From positions 384,001 through 448,000 of the forward strand of contig CM000431.1 in NCBI GenBank assembly GCA_000165345.1: a stretch of DNA of 64,000 bases, read 5' to 3'. Positions 20,545 through 30,419 of the stretch are shown here, one piece after another. The stretch's first letter is position 1. Each line of letters starts with the position of its first letter. Under the pieces are notes generated by a model. The model had not been told where the DNA came from, searched no databases, and saw only the letters and a list, made by a program, of their open reading frames with translations. The position numbers and the translations under genes are program-made.

Positions 20545-20819
20545 ATATTCCGTATCTCTGAATTCCTCAGATCTATCTTTACTACCTATTTTAGCTTCAG
20601 TATAAGCGATTTACTTCTTTTCCTTTTTTTCTCTCTCTAATGAATAGTCCATTAATATGTAAAAAAAAGGCGCCAAATTCATGCAATGTTTAAATTGCCA
20701 TGCCCGTTAATATTATTGAATCAGGTAAGATATATAGAAAAAAAAAGTTAGCTATATAAACTTTAATTTCAAAGTAATAGAATTCTACAAATATTTGGTG
20801 GCAAATTTAGATCAGGGTT

Positions 20820-21803
20820 TTAGTTGGTCTTATTTGAATTTAAACCACATCTAGCAGAAATCATACACAATTGGCCAAGAAGTTTGTCTAATTGTAAGGG
20901 GGTGGCACAACCATCAAGCATGACAAAGTGGCATCTCCCGACCTCTTTTAGGTACTCCAAAATGGCCCTTTCAGGGAGTTGATATCTTTTCAATACATTT
21001 CTCATGGTAATGACAATATCAAGTGGTGAGTAACCCCCAATAAAAAGTTCTTCAACAATGGAGTGAGCTAATCTCCAGTTACATTTAACACAAGAGTCCA
21101 AAATACTCTTAATTTTCTCAGGAGAGGGAATGTCGGAGACTTTGAGTACATTATCTCTAGAAACCATAGAAAATCCATGGTAAGTTGCTTGGAGATTGTT
21201 AATTACAATTCTCATATCTCCATCTGCAGTAAATACAAGAGTGTCAATTCCAGAATCAACGTATGGAATGTTCTCCATCTTGATAATCTCAAATAATCTT
21301 TTTCTGATTTGTGCATCTGTAAGCTTTGAGTACCTAATAATTGCGCATCTACTTTGGATTGGCTCTATAATTTTTGTTGATTGATTACAAGCTAGAGCAA
21401 AACGGGTACTTTCTGAGTAAACTTCCATTAGTCTTCTGAGAGCTTGTTGTGCTGAGTCTGTCATACTGTCTACTTCGTCCAGTATTACAATTTTGTGCCT
21501 TCCTTCAGGTAAGTCAATTTTCTCTCTTGCAAAGCTCTTGATCTTATCTCTAACAACGTCAATTCCACGGTCGTCTGATGCATTTAATTCTAGAACAGCT
21601 CTACCATATTTACTTCCAAGCATTTCAGAAGCCAGACAGTGAATACTAGTAGTCTTTCCTGTTCCTGGAGGACCAGAAAGAAGTAGATTTGGCATATTAC
21701 CATGCTTGGCTAAGACTTTTAATCGAGTTAAAACCTCTTCATTACCAACCATTTCATCCAAAATCTTTGGACGATATTTTTCTATCCAAATTTGGGTTGA
21801 CAT
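20820..21803 (-). CDS. Replication factor C small subunit (human RFC2 / yeast Rfc4 type).
   Basis: EKYRPKILDEMVGNEEV, the P-loop LLLSGPPGTGKTTS, the Walker B ILDEVDSMT and the SRC motif QSRCAIIRY. The track ORF begins at TTG 21830; the first ATG is at 21803-21801. Confidence 0.85.
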   Translation of the reverse strand: MSTQIWIEKYRPKILDEMVGNEEVLTRLKVLAKHGNMPNLLLSGPPGTGKTTSIHCLASEMLGSKYGRAVLELNASDDRGIDVVRDKIKSFAREKIDLPEGRHKIVILDEVDSMTDSAQQALRRLMEVYSESTRFALACNQSTKIIEPIQSRCAIIRYSKLTDAQIRKRLFEIIKMENIPYVDSGIDTLVFTADGDMRIVINNLQATYHGFSMVSRDNVLKVSDIPSPEKIKSILDSCVKCNWRLAHSIVEELFIGGYSPLDIVITMRNVLKRYQLPERAILEYLKEVGRCHFVMLDGCATPLQLDKLLGQLCMISARCGLNSNKTN

Positions 21804-22227
21804 TTCCAATATCTGCTTGCTTTTTACCAACTTATTTCCCTAGCGTTTTATACTTGTATTTTTAAACAGCTATTGCTTCACCAGCCTATAGCTAAGTAAA
21901 ACTTTAACCTAATCCTATAAATCCCAATATACAACCAATGCAATCCCAATATAAATAATATATTCACTCACACCTTTCTTTGTTTCTTTTCCCCTTTATT
22001 TGTCATTTTCCTACTTGTAATATAAATACCACATAGGTACCTCACCCTTGGCGCCATTTATGCTGACTTTAAAAAAAAAATACTTGTAAATGAAATAAAA
22101 TCGATCAAAGCAGCAAGCAATCTATATCCCAAATTAGTTATCACTATAAATACAAGAATCAAAAGTTCTACTAATTTTATATTCACCCTTTTTTTACTTT
22201 ACAAATATTCATCAGAAATTTATTGAC

Positions 22228-22256
22228 AAATTGGCGCCACACCAATTTGGCGGCAC
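22228..22256. promoter_or_regulatory. E2F-like double box AAATTGGCGCCACACCAATTTGGCGGCAC.
   Basis: Two cores in 29 nt. The box lies between the divergent RFC (- strand) and GAF-like (+ strand) genes. A further box CTTGGCGCCATTTA is at 22047-22060. Confidence 0.55.
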
Positions 22257-22651
22257 ATTGTGGGGAGATTGTTTGAAAAAGAATGTTGAGCAGAAATTAT
22301 AAAGCTGGGTGAAAATACATTTTTTTTTTTTAAAAATTTCAATTCGTTCGAATACTGTGCAATATTTGAGTAAAAGGCAAGTTAAAATTACTCTGGCTGA
22401 TTTCTTTTCTAGACAGGAGCAACGGCATCAATGTATGTCTGACAGTGGTCTAAGGAAAGCAGGCAAAATAATAATCGTCAAGTTTTAAATGACTAATTAT
22501 TTAAATAATTATACGCACACAGTAAAATTTAAGCTCAGGATTGGTAGCCTTGACATTCTTCAATTTGGTTCTGTTTATTTCTCTCGATTTTCTCTTTTTT
22601 TTTGAAGCATTTGAATGTGAGCGCAAATCAACTATTTTTGCAAATTGTTAG

Positions 22652-24265
22652 ATGTTAAACATTCCAGAATTAAAGGAGACTTTATCTTGGGACGATATTT
22701 ATAGCTTATTTGAGTCAAGCCTAAGAATCAGCTCAAATTTGGATCCAAAGCTACTTGTTAATACAATTTTATGCGAATGTAGGAAAGTCATTAATTGTAG
22801 AGATTGTAATTTATTCATCTACGATTCTATTAACAATGTTTTCTACCATGGGTTTGACACAAGCAAGTATATAATATCTGACTCCCTGCTTAAGAAGGTA
22901 CTTATTACGAAAAAGTACGAAATTCTTGACGACTCAGATTCTGACAATTATCAACTAGAGAACAACCATGATATTAAGACAAGAAGATTTTCCAATAATG
23001 CTATTTATATTCCTATATATAATACTGAGAAAGAATCTCCAATAGCAGTTCTTGAGATTTTGGACAAATTCAAATTGAATAAAGACGGTATCGAAGTTAA
23101 GGATAGTTTTACCCAAATTGACATTATTAAATTAAGATGTATGTCCAGAGTATTCTCAATTTCAGTTATGAATTGTGAAAAGTACAGAGAAGTTAGAAAT
23201 ACTAAGGAAAAAGCTGACAATCTACTTAACCTTGTTCAATCTTTAAGACCAGATCTGGGACTTCAGTCTAACTTATTCACTCTCTGTATCCACGCTCAAG
23301 AAATCATCGAATCTGAGCATTGTATTGCTTTAATTGGGATTCCTGAGAGGCAACAAATCATATCTCTTATATCTGATACTGGGAATGAACTTCTATTTAA
23401 TTATGAGATTGGTGATATAATTCATAGAATTATCGAGACTAGGCACTCTCTTATTATACAGAATACTGGAGATGATAACAAGCCACGTTTCGAAAATAGA
23501 CTCGTTGAATGTTCATGCAGCTCAATTAGAATTGTGATAGGAAGCAGCTCTGTATCAACGAGCAATGATGATCAATTTATTCGCCTCCTACAAAAAGTGT
23601 ATGGAGGTGAAAAACCAATCTATAACGCTTTAGTATTCCCAATTTATGCAGAAAGGGACAATTGGTCATGTATCCCGACCCCCAGCCAAAGGATCTCATC
23701 CATTTCTTCTCTTTCATCAGCCTTCTCATCATTTGAAATTGGACATGATTATGATGATTTAGTATCAGTTTCACCCAGAAACAATTCAATTCTGAACTCT
23801 TCAATCATTTCCTCCAGTATCGTTGCCCCTGGCTCTCCAAAATCGGATAGAGTTGGGAGAAGCAGCTTAGTTGCTCAAACTCATACAAATACAAGATCTT
23901 CATCTTTATCTCCAAGCAATCAGTTTTCCCAGAGTAACAACACCCAGGCAATTTCTCTTATTGTACTTATTAATAGATTAGGCGTTTTCAAAGAAAAATC
24001 CAAATTTACTGAAAATGATGTCAGGCTTCTCGAACCATTTGGCAGAATTGTTGCTCCAAATATAGGTACTTTGTTCCAAACATCTTTATTTTCTTATCTT
24101 CAAACAATTTACAATACTGACAGAAATATCAGCTTTAATAAGTATCAAGACAAGATGCCACAAGATCCCCCTTCATTCGCATTTCCTCATAGCAACTGGA
24201 AAAACAGACACTCTGATGTAATTTTCGAGGAGGATGAGGACGGAGCTAAAGACTTAGAGAAATAG
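22652..24265 (+). CDS. Hypothetical protein with two GAF-like modules and a Ser-rich C-terminal half.
   Basis: A long ORF behind an E2F-type promoter. The fold is inferred only from pattern (NCRDCNLFIYDS...; IGIPERQQIISLISDTGNELLFNYEIGDIIHRIIETRHSLIIQNTGDDNKPRF). I recognise no catalytic motif. Confidence 0.45.
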   Translation: MLNIPELKETLSWDDIYSLFESSLRISSNLDPKLLVNTILCECRKVINCRDCNLFIYDSINNVFYHGFDTSKYIISDSLLKKVLITKKYEILDDSDSDNYQLENNHDIKTRRFSNNAIYIPIYNTEKESPIAVLEILDKFKLNKDGIEVKDSFTQIDIIKLRCMSRVFSISVMNCEKYREVRNTKEKADNLLNLVQSLRPDLGLQSNLFTLCIHAQEIIESEHCIALIGIPERQQIISLISDTGNELLFNYEIGDIIHRIIETRHSLIIQNTGDDNKPRFENRLVECSCSSIRIVIGSSSVSTSNDDQFIRLLQKVYGGEKPIYNALVFPIYAERDNWSCIPTPSQRISSISSLSSAFSSFEIGHDYDDLVSVSPRNNSILNSSIISSSIVAPGSPKSDRVGRSSLVAQTHTNTRSSSLSPSNQFSQSNNTQAISLIVLINRLGVFKEKSKFTENDVRLLEPFGRIVAPNIGTLFQTSLFSYLQTIYNTDRNISFNKYQDKMPQDPPSFAFPHSNWKNRHSDVIFEEDEDGAKDLEK

Positions 24266-24412
24266 GGTATATTTTTTCTAATGAATTCGACGTTTCTTAT
24301 CTCATTTATATAGATTAAGACTAATGTTTATTTTGAGGCGCGATAAACATCTAAATAGAGCTTTAACTTTGAATTTTTTTGAAGTAGATTATTCACTATC
24401 AATTAATATAGC

Positions 24413-25357
24413 CTATTTGATTCTCCCAACATTCCTCTTTAAGTTGGTTTGATATGGGACACCCTGAACCTGAATCTGAGTCTGATTTGAATTTGATATT
24501 TGTTGTCTTTTTTGACAAACCTTAGCAGAAGTCAAAAATAACTGATAATTGTATAATTGGTTTAAGAAGCCTGGATTTGGCGCCACATAGGGCCTAGACA
24601 ACTTAATTAGATTTAAAGCTTGTAAAGAGCTAATCCCTAGTTCTCTCATTAGAAAGGCCGTACAAATTGTTGGAGCTCTGCTAATACCAGCAGCACAATG
24701 TATGTAGACATTATTAGGTCTTTCCACAGTAGATTGAGATAGTGCATTGTGAATAAAATCAAAAGATGAGGAGAAATATTTACTAATATCTTCAAATGGA
24801 GTATCATAAATAGGGATATTCAAATACAAAAATTCATTTGGAAACTTGCATGCACCCTGTAGACAACATACAATGTGAGTAATTCCAAGGTCCTTAAGTT
24901 TTTTTAAATCATTTGCTACAGTGCTTCCTCCTAAGAAAATTCCAGGAATAATCCTTTGGGCTCTGTGAAGATCCAAATTCTCTTTATTAGAATACTGGAC
25001 CTCTTTTTGAAGGATATCCCTGAAACCCAAACGATTGATTGAGCTGATGATAGTCCTCATATTACTTTCAACTTTCTCTTCATAATCTTCAATTGTGCTT
25101 TTTGGAGAAGTTACAAGTGCTCCATACAAGCTAATAACTTGGTCTAAAGAGCATATTAAGCTTATTGTTTCTTGTATCTGCATCCCTTTCATAGGCTCTG
25201 GCGTCTTTCTTTTCAACTGATGGAGAATGCGTAAAGCTGCAAAATAAAAGTTTACTCTCTCTGGTAAAATTAATTCTGATTCAGTTGAACCGCTGATATT
25301 CTCAACAACTGCCATCCTCTCAGATCTTTTATCTATTAGTCTCTTCAAGGCCTCCAT
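24413..25357 (-). CDS. Dual-specificity protein phosphatase (DUSP) with an approximately 140-aa N-terminal extension.
   Basis: Catalytic loop VYIHCAAGISRAPT (HCxxGxxR) with an upstream general-acid region. Confidence 0.8.
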   Translation of the reverse strand: MEALKRLIDKRSERMAVVENISGSTESELILPERVNFYFAALRILHQLKRKTPEPMKGMQIQETISLICSLDQVISLYGALVTSPKSTIEDYEEKVESNMRTIISSINRLGFRDILQKEVQYSNKENLDLHRAQRIIPGIFLGGSTVANDLKKLKDLGITHIVCCLQGACKFPNEFLYLNIPIYDTPFEDISKYFSSSFDFIHNALSQSTVERPNNVYIHCAAGISRAPTICTAFLMRELGISSLQALNLIKLSRPYVAPNPGFLNQLYNYQLFLTSAKVCQKRQQISNSNQTQIQVQGVPYQTNLKRNVGRIK

Positions 25358-26016
25358 TTATTATTTAATTTCTCAACAAACATTTAAAAAAAAACCTTTA
25401 AGTCAATAATTCAATAATGCACACAAGTACCCGCCAAAAGTCTTAGAAAAATTATTATTGACTTTTATAGAGAGAAATATATTGTATATATATTTTGTGG
25501 CATATTTAATGATTAAAACATACATATTTAGTATTTGAGTTTCTTATATTAGTGCTATACTATGCTTCGTGTTCTTCTGACTTAATTTTGTATTAATTTT
25601 CCGTTCAAAAATTAACTATTACAGTCTTGAAGTCAGTTTATTTTTTAATATAGACTTGAATTTTTATATTAGCCTTACTTTACAAAGAAATCTGAGAGGT
25701 AAATGCACATATTTGTAGTATATATGGTAAAATGTACAAAATAAAATTGCATGTAGTTGGCGCCAATACATTCCCCACAGTTTGCGAAACAAAAAAAAAG
25801 GTAGGGAAACAAATTCTTCTGGAAGAAAATAATTATCAATTATTTCAGTTTTCCAAGGGGTTGAGTTATAGGGGGAATCTTGGTTTTAGCTCAAGGAGGA
25901 ATATAAAGTTCCATTATTTTGAGTAGAATCTTAAAGAAGGTTGTTAGAAAAGCTGAGTTACAGAATTTAGTTAAGAAATCAACTTGAGTATATTTTTGTT
26001 AGTTAGTATTCAAAAT

Positions 26017-27843
26017 ATGTTTAGAGATAAAGTAAGAACATTCTCATCAGGAAGAAGATTTGCATGCCAAATGAAATCCTTTTTGAAAAATAGAAGGTGC
26101 ATTTCAGGATGTGCCACAGCTTTTTTGGCGGGAGGCTTGTCTGCATGGCTTTATTTGGACTCCAGAGAAAAACCAGAAAGTTATTTTTTTAACAAGCTAA
26201 AGAGTTCATATAAGGTTGGATGTGCATCTCAAGAAACTTCTAACAAGTTATTTCACCAGAAAATCTTGAATCAAAATCTATCATTGAAAACTGAAAAGTC
26301 TAATTACGTTGAGTTGATTGGAGAACAAGGACCAGTAAAAAGTATGGTTTTAGGCTCTGAAGGAACATCAGCAAAGATTTCAATTTCAGCTATTCAGGTG
26401 AATGCAAATAACCCAATAGAAGACAGGTTATTGATACAAAGGATGAGGCTCAATTTACCAGGAGGGGAAAATAAAGATTTTGTGATTTCAGCAGTAATTG
26501 ATGGACATGGAGGGTGGCAAGTTGCAGAGTATGTCCAAAATAACTTTATAAGGATATTTCAGAAAGAACTTTCTCAATATATGTCTTCTCTAGTGAGAGA
26601 GGGAAGTGCTAATGAAAGTAATCCAATTTCTCAAATAAATGAAACTGATATAATAGCCGGACTTTTTTACTCACTTAAAAAGACATATTATATACTAGAT
26701 GAGGAACTGAAGAGTAAATTGGAAGTTGCTTATAATCTTGGATTTTCTAAGTTAGCCTCAGTAGGAGCATGTACAACTGTTTCAATCATTACAGAAGATG
26801 CAATTCTTACAGCCAATTCTGGAGATTGTCTCTCCGTTTATTGTAATGAGAATGGGATCTGGCTCCCTTTAAATGAGCAACTTTCAGCAATGAATCCCCA
26901 AGAACAAAAAAGACTTGAGGAGATTCACAAGCATGAGAAGGATAACTTGATTCAATGTAAACAGATTCTTCATGAAAAATTTCTTATGGGACTTTATACC
27001 ATTCCGAAGTATAGGGGTTGCTATGTCAAAGGGATCTTACAGCCATCTAGGGCAATTGGTGACTTTAGACTAAAATCTATGGATTTCAACTATAACTGGG
27101 AGAAAGATCTAAGCACAGAAAAACTTTTACCTACATTTTCATATGTACTTAAAGACAAAGAGAGTGAACAATCTAAAAAAGAACAACACCGAGAAAATGA
27201 AGATCTGAATGAAGATGAGTTTCCATATTCATATGACCTAATTAATGGAAATAATTCAATCAATATGAGACGAGACAGTTATAGATACTTTGTAAAGAAT
27301 CCATTGAGCTTTCCTTATGTAAGATCTGAGCCAATGTTACATCTTTTCTTTTATAACTCTTTGAATAAGAATTTGAGTTCAACAGATAACACTAGTGTTG
27401 AGAAGATCTCTCCAAATGAATACTCTTTAACACCAGTACATACAAATTCTTCCCTTAAAGTTGAATATATTACTCCGGAATATAAGCACCTACCTATTTC
27501 GGAGTATTCAAACTCGAACGAATTTATCAGAGATTTCACTTTATCCAAAATAAGAAATGCATATTCTTACATTCAAAATCCCATGAATTCATCCAAAAAA
27601 AGTTTTCTTGTGCTTGGAACGGATGGAGTTTGGGACTTTTTAACTCCGAAAGATGTTACAAACGTCATATTAAACTCCAAATCAGTAGAGGATGGAGTAA
27701 GAAGAATCCTTAAAAAAGTTTTGAATAATGCAGGAATAAACAGCATTGAAAAACTCAAAAGTTTACCCAAAAAAAGAAAGGTATTTGATGATACTAGCAT
27801 TGTTCTAGCTGAGATCACCCCAAATAAACATGACAATGACTGA
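26017..27843 (+). CDS. PP2C-family Ser/Thr phosphatase with an N-terminal transmembrane/targeting segment and a large insertion.
   Basis: PP2C motif 1 SAVIDGHGG, a C-terminal metal-binding motif VLGTDGVWDFL, and an N-terminal hydrophobic segment CATAFLAGGLSAWLYL. The track ORF starts at TTG 25984; the first ATG is at 26017. Confidence 0.8.
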   Translation: MFRDKVRTFSSGRRFACQMKSFLKNRRCISGCATAFLAGGLSAWLYLDSREKPESYFFNKLKSSYKVGCASQETSNKLFHQKILNQNLSLKTEKSNYVELIGEQGPVKSMVLGSEGTSAKISISAIQVNANNPIEDRLLIQRMRLNLPGGENKDFVISAVIDGHGGWQVAEYVQNNFIRIFQKELSQYMSSLVREGSANESNPISQINETDIIAGLFYSLKKTYYILDEELKSKLEVAYNLGFSKLASVGACTTVSIITEDAILTANSGDCLSVYCNENGIWLPLNEQLSAMNPQEQKRLEEIHKHEKDNLIQCKQILHEKFLMGLYTIPKYRGCYVKGILQPSRAIGDFRLKSMDFNYNWEKDLSTEKLLPTFSYVLKDKESEQSKKEQHRENEDLNEDEFPYSYDLINGNNSINMRRDSYRYFVKNPLSFPYVRSEPMLHLFFYNSLNKNLSSTDNTSVEKISPNEYSLTPVHTNSSLKVEYITPEYKHLPISEYSNSNEFIRDFTLSKIRNAYSYIQNPMNSSKKSFLVLGTDGVWDFLTPKDVTNVILNSKSVEDGVRRILKKVLNNAGINSIEKLKSLPKKRKVFDDTSIVLAEITPNKHDND

Positions 27844-27858
27844 GCCTGAGATACTGAT

Positions 27859-28269
27859 TCATAATGCATCATCTTCCTTACTACCTCTTGATCTAATAGA
27901 ATTATTTATCCACTCATTCTTGGAGTCTCCATTTCCATTTATACTGTCTGAAACATGAAGGACTTTAAAAACGCCTTTGTTTAATTGACAAACTATCGAA
28001 ATTAACCTTCCTTTTTGGACGAGTTCCTCAATGAGTCCCCTATAAGTCTTTATAGTATCTTCATGGAAATTGTCACAGTTTGCATCATTCAGCTTGTCCT
28101 TGATTGAAACTCTAATATTGGAGGTTCCGTCATCCAACGTAATCATATCCAATTCTCCATCTTGATCTATCTCAACATCAACCACAAAACCGTGAATCCA
28201 ACAACAATCTCCATCTTCCAGAATCTTCTCTGGAACCTCGCAGATGAACATTTTTGGTGTGATTTTCAT
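27859..28269 (-). CDS. Small hypothetical protein, probable OB-fold (RMI2/Stn1/RPA-like).
   Basis: CCWIHGFVVDVEIDQDGELDMITLDDGTSNIRVSIK resembles OB-fold cores such as RMI2 ([29 protein letters not shown]). This is weak. Confidence 0.35.
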   Translation of the reverse strand: MKITPKMFICEVPEKILEDGDCCWIHGFVVDVEIDQDGELDMITLDDGTSNIRVSIKDKLNDANCDNFHEDTIKTYRGLIEELVQKGRLISIVCQLNKGVFKVLHVSDSINGNGDSKNEWINNSIRSRGSKEDDAL

Positions 28270-28534
28270 CGTTTCCCCTCTAATTTACACACAATTACAC
28301 ATGAAATTAACCTTTTCCTTTAGTCCTTGCTTTTATTATTTTAATAATGAGAGATTCTGTATATTAACTAAGTTATACAACAACTTTTGTACCTCAGCTC
28401 CATTTAGTCTGTAAGAAGAAATCTTTTGGAAAAAAAACTTTCATCTCATAATTTTTTTCTTGTAATTCTTTTTCGGTACCGTACCCACATGAGTTTGCCG
28501 CTCGTTTCTAATATTTCCAATAAAAATTACGCGT

Positions 28535-28547
28535 TTGGCGCCAATTG
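28535..28547. promoter_or_regulatory. E2F-like box TTTGGCGCCAATT at the centre of a bidirectional promoter.
   Basis: It is about 270 nt from both the minus-strand OB-fold gene start (28269) and the plus-strand four-exon gene start (28812). Confidence 0.5.
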
Positions 28548-28811
28548 TGAATTTAAAGATGAAATTAGAGTTAGAAAAAGGATAAATATTGAAATAGAAA
28601 AATCATTATGTAGATAATAATGATAAAAAGAGGAAGAACCGATTATTTGAGATAGAGGCAGAGTTTGCACACATTTACTAATTTTGCTTCATTCCTTTAG
28701 TTGGCGAGCTGAAGGTTAATAGAGGGTTAGATGGTTTAGACTCCAACTATTGTAAATAATAATATTAAGTTCGGGATTTCGAAATCGTTCGAGGGCAGAA
28801 CTAAAGTAAAG

Positions 28812-28817
28812 ATGGAG
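28812..28817 (+). CDS. Hypothetical protein, exon 1 of 4 (ATG GAG only).
   Basis: AAAG ATG GAG | GTAAGT: a start codon two codons ahead of a perfect donor. It lies about 270 nt downstream of an E2F box at 28535. Confidence 0.45.
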
Positions 28818-28885
28818 GTAAGTCTTTTTTTGAGATTGGCAATGCTTTATGTAGGGGATTACTTAACTTTCAAAATGTGTTATAG

Positions 28886-28972
28886 AATGAAAAAGAATAC
28901 CAAAAACTGGTATCTAAGTATAAGTATGTCTCTGATATTGTAAAGGAGATAATAAATCACTGCAATTCAAAG
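28886..28972 (+). CDS. Hypothetical protein, exon 2 of 4.
   Basis: Acceptor TGTTATAG|AAT; 29 stop-free codons (NEKEYQKLVSKYKYVSDIVKEIINHCNSK) in phase 0; donor AAG|GTAGGT. Confidence 0.5.
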
Positions 28973-29051
28973 GTAGGTATAGTCTATAGACTAAGATCAA
29001 GATTTATTTTTGTTACTTATAATATTTTGATTTTTTTATTTCGTAATGCAG

Positions 29052-29126
29052 AAGTTTGCGACAAGTGATTTAAGCTCAATGATTGTTCTATTGGAAGATT
29101 TAGAACAGAAAGGTATTTTTGTTGAG
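29052..29126 (+). CDS. Hypothetical protein, exon 3 of 4.
   Basis: Acceptor TAATGCAG|AAG; 25 codons (KFATSDLSSMIVLLEDLEQKGIFVE); donor GAG|GTAAGA. The alternative donor at 29113 would break the frame. Confidence 0.5.
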
Positions 29127-29209
29127 GTAAGACTAATGAAGTAGGAGATTTTTTATTACAGAATACAGTAGAGCTTTTATATAACTCATCTGTTTTGTGT
29201 TTTCTATAG

Positions 29210-30238
29210 GATTCTGATATTGAGTTTGAGAGAAAAGTGTTAGGACTTCTAGAATTTGAAATGGAGACTATGTCGAGGGAGTACGAGCAGCTTAAGAATA
29301 GTATTTTAGAACTAGCAAATGGTATTTCGAATATATCTGAGAATAAGAATCTTCCAATTCTATTAAATATATTAATGGATGGAATAGGTGCTTACAATTC
29401 TATGATAAGTAGACAATCAAACTTTACGGATTCCATGCTAGAAATGTCATTTTGGTCGATTGAGTTGATGGACACTATTTATGCAACTAATGGAGGAATG
29501 ACGACTTTGTTAGATTATACTTTAGAAAAGATCCAAGACCAATTTCCATCAATATTGAATACTTTTGACGAAATAAATTACTTGGATAAATTTTCCACAA
29601 GGTATAAAATTTCAGAAATTTATAGAGGATTAGTTAGGTTAAACTTTGGACTTGACCAGAGAATTAAATCATTAGAGGAGATGATAAATAAGAGGCAGAA
29701 ATCCAGGAACAAATCAAAAGCTTGGGAATTATATAATAGAGAGGAGGTGTTATTGAAGATCAACAATTTAAGAGAATTATCAGATTTCCTAAAGTATGAA
29801 TTCATTTCTTTAATCAAAGATATTCTCTTTTTCTCAAAATACCTTGGAATAGATGATGAACATAATTCAGCGATTAATAGTAGCCATGAAACTGATACAG
29901 ATAGCATTAAAGGGAGCTATGATGACTTAATCTCTGAAATTGAGACAGTTTGCGAGATTTTCCAAAATGGACAGGTCCACAAAACAAGAGAAATAATGGA
30001 TAGGATCATATCAAATTTAGATGTAGAGGAATTTGAAGAAATACTTGGTGCATTTAACCTTTTGAATTGGCTCAAAGGTAGGGTTTCCATTTGTTTAGGT
30101 AGAAACCTTGAAAACAACATTGAAGAGATCTCAGCAATTTGCAGCAATAAACAACAAGAATCGAGCAGTAGCGACCTTGATAAAGATGATGAGAGACTAT
30201 TAAATCACCAGGAGACTCGGTATTACGACGAAGACTAA
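29210..30238 (+). CDS. Hypothetical helical protein, exon 4 of 4 (about 399 aa in total).
   Basis: Acceptor TTTCTATAG|GAT at 29208-29209 joins in phase 0 to the long ORF. The track shows this ORF from GTG 29237, which has no ATG of its own. Confidence 0.6.
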   Translation, partial: DSDIEFERKVLGLLEFEMETMSREYEQLKNSILELANGISNISENKNLPILLNILMDGIGAYNSMISRQSNFTDSMLEMSFWSIELMDTIYATNGGMTTLLDYTLEKIQDQFPSILNTFDEINYLDKFSTRYKISEIYRGLVRLNFGLDQRIKSLEEMINKRQKSRNKSKAWELYNREEVLLKINNLRELSDFLKYEFISLIKDILFFSKYLGIDDEHNSAINSSHETDTDSIKGSYDDLISEIETVCEIFQNGQVHKTREIMDRIISNLDVEEFEEILGAFNLLNWLKGRVSICLGRNLENNIEEISAICSNKQQESSSSDLDKDDERLLNHQETRYYDED

Positions 30239-30419
30239 AGTAGAAAAGAACAGAGAAAGATAAGGGGGAGAGAAAGAAAAAAGCCGTTACGTAATATATC
30301 GTTCATTCAAAGTAGAATGTATGCAAGCACCAGTATCATAGCCATTATAATACAGAATAATAGCTTTAGATGAATTAGGACCACGTCCTCTATTAATTGT
30401 TTTACATACAAAAATTTGA

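Noticed and set aside
24585-24597. E2F-like box ATTTGGCGCCACA inside the DUSP CDS, with similar hits at 13990 in PFK and 10351 in HYPK exon 2.
   Set aside because: They lie within well-supported coding sequence at positions dictated by the protein sequence. They are probably coincidental matches rather than regulatory sites.
28426-28617. 63-aa ORF in the bidirectional promoter region, and a similar 64-aa ORF at 25732..25926.
   Set aside because: Each overlaps an E2F box region upstream of a real gene and has no coding features. They are promoter DNA.
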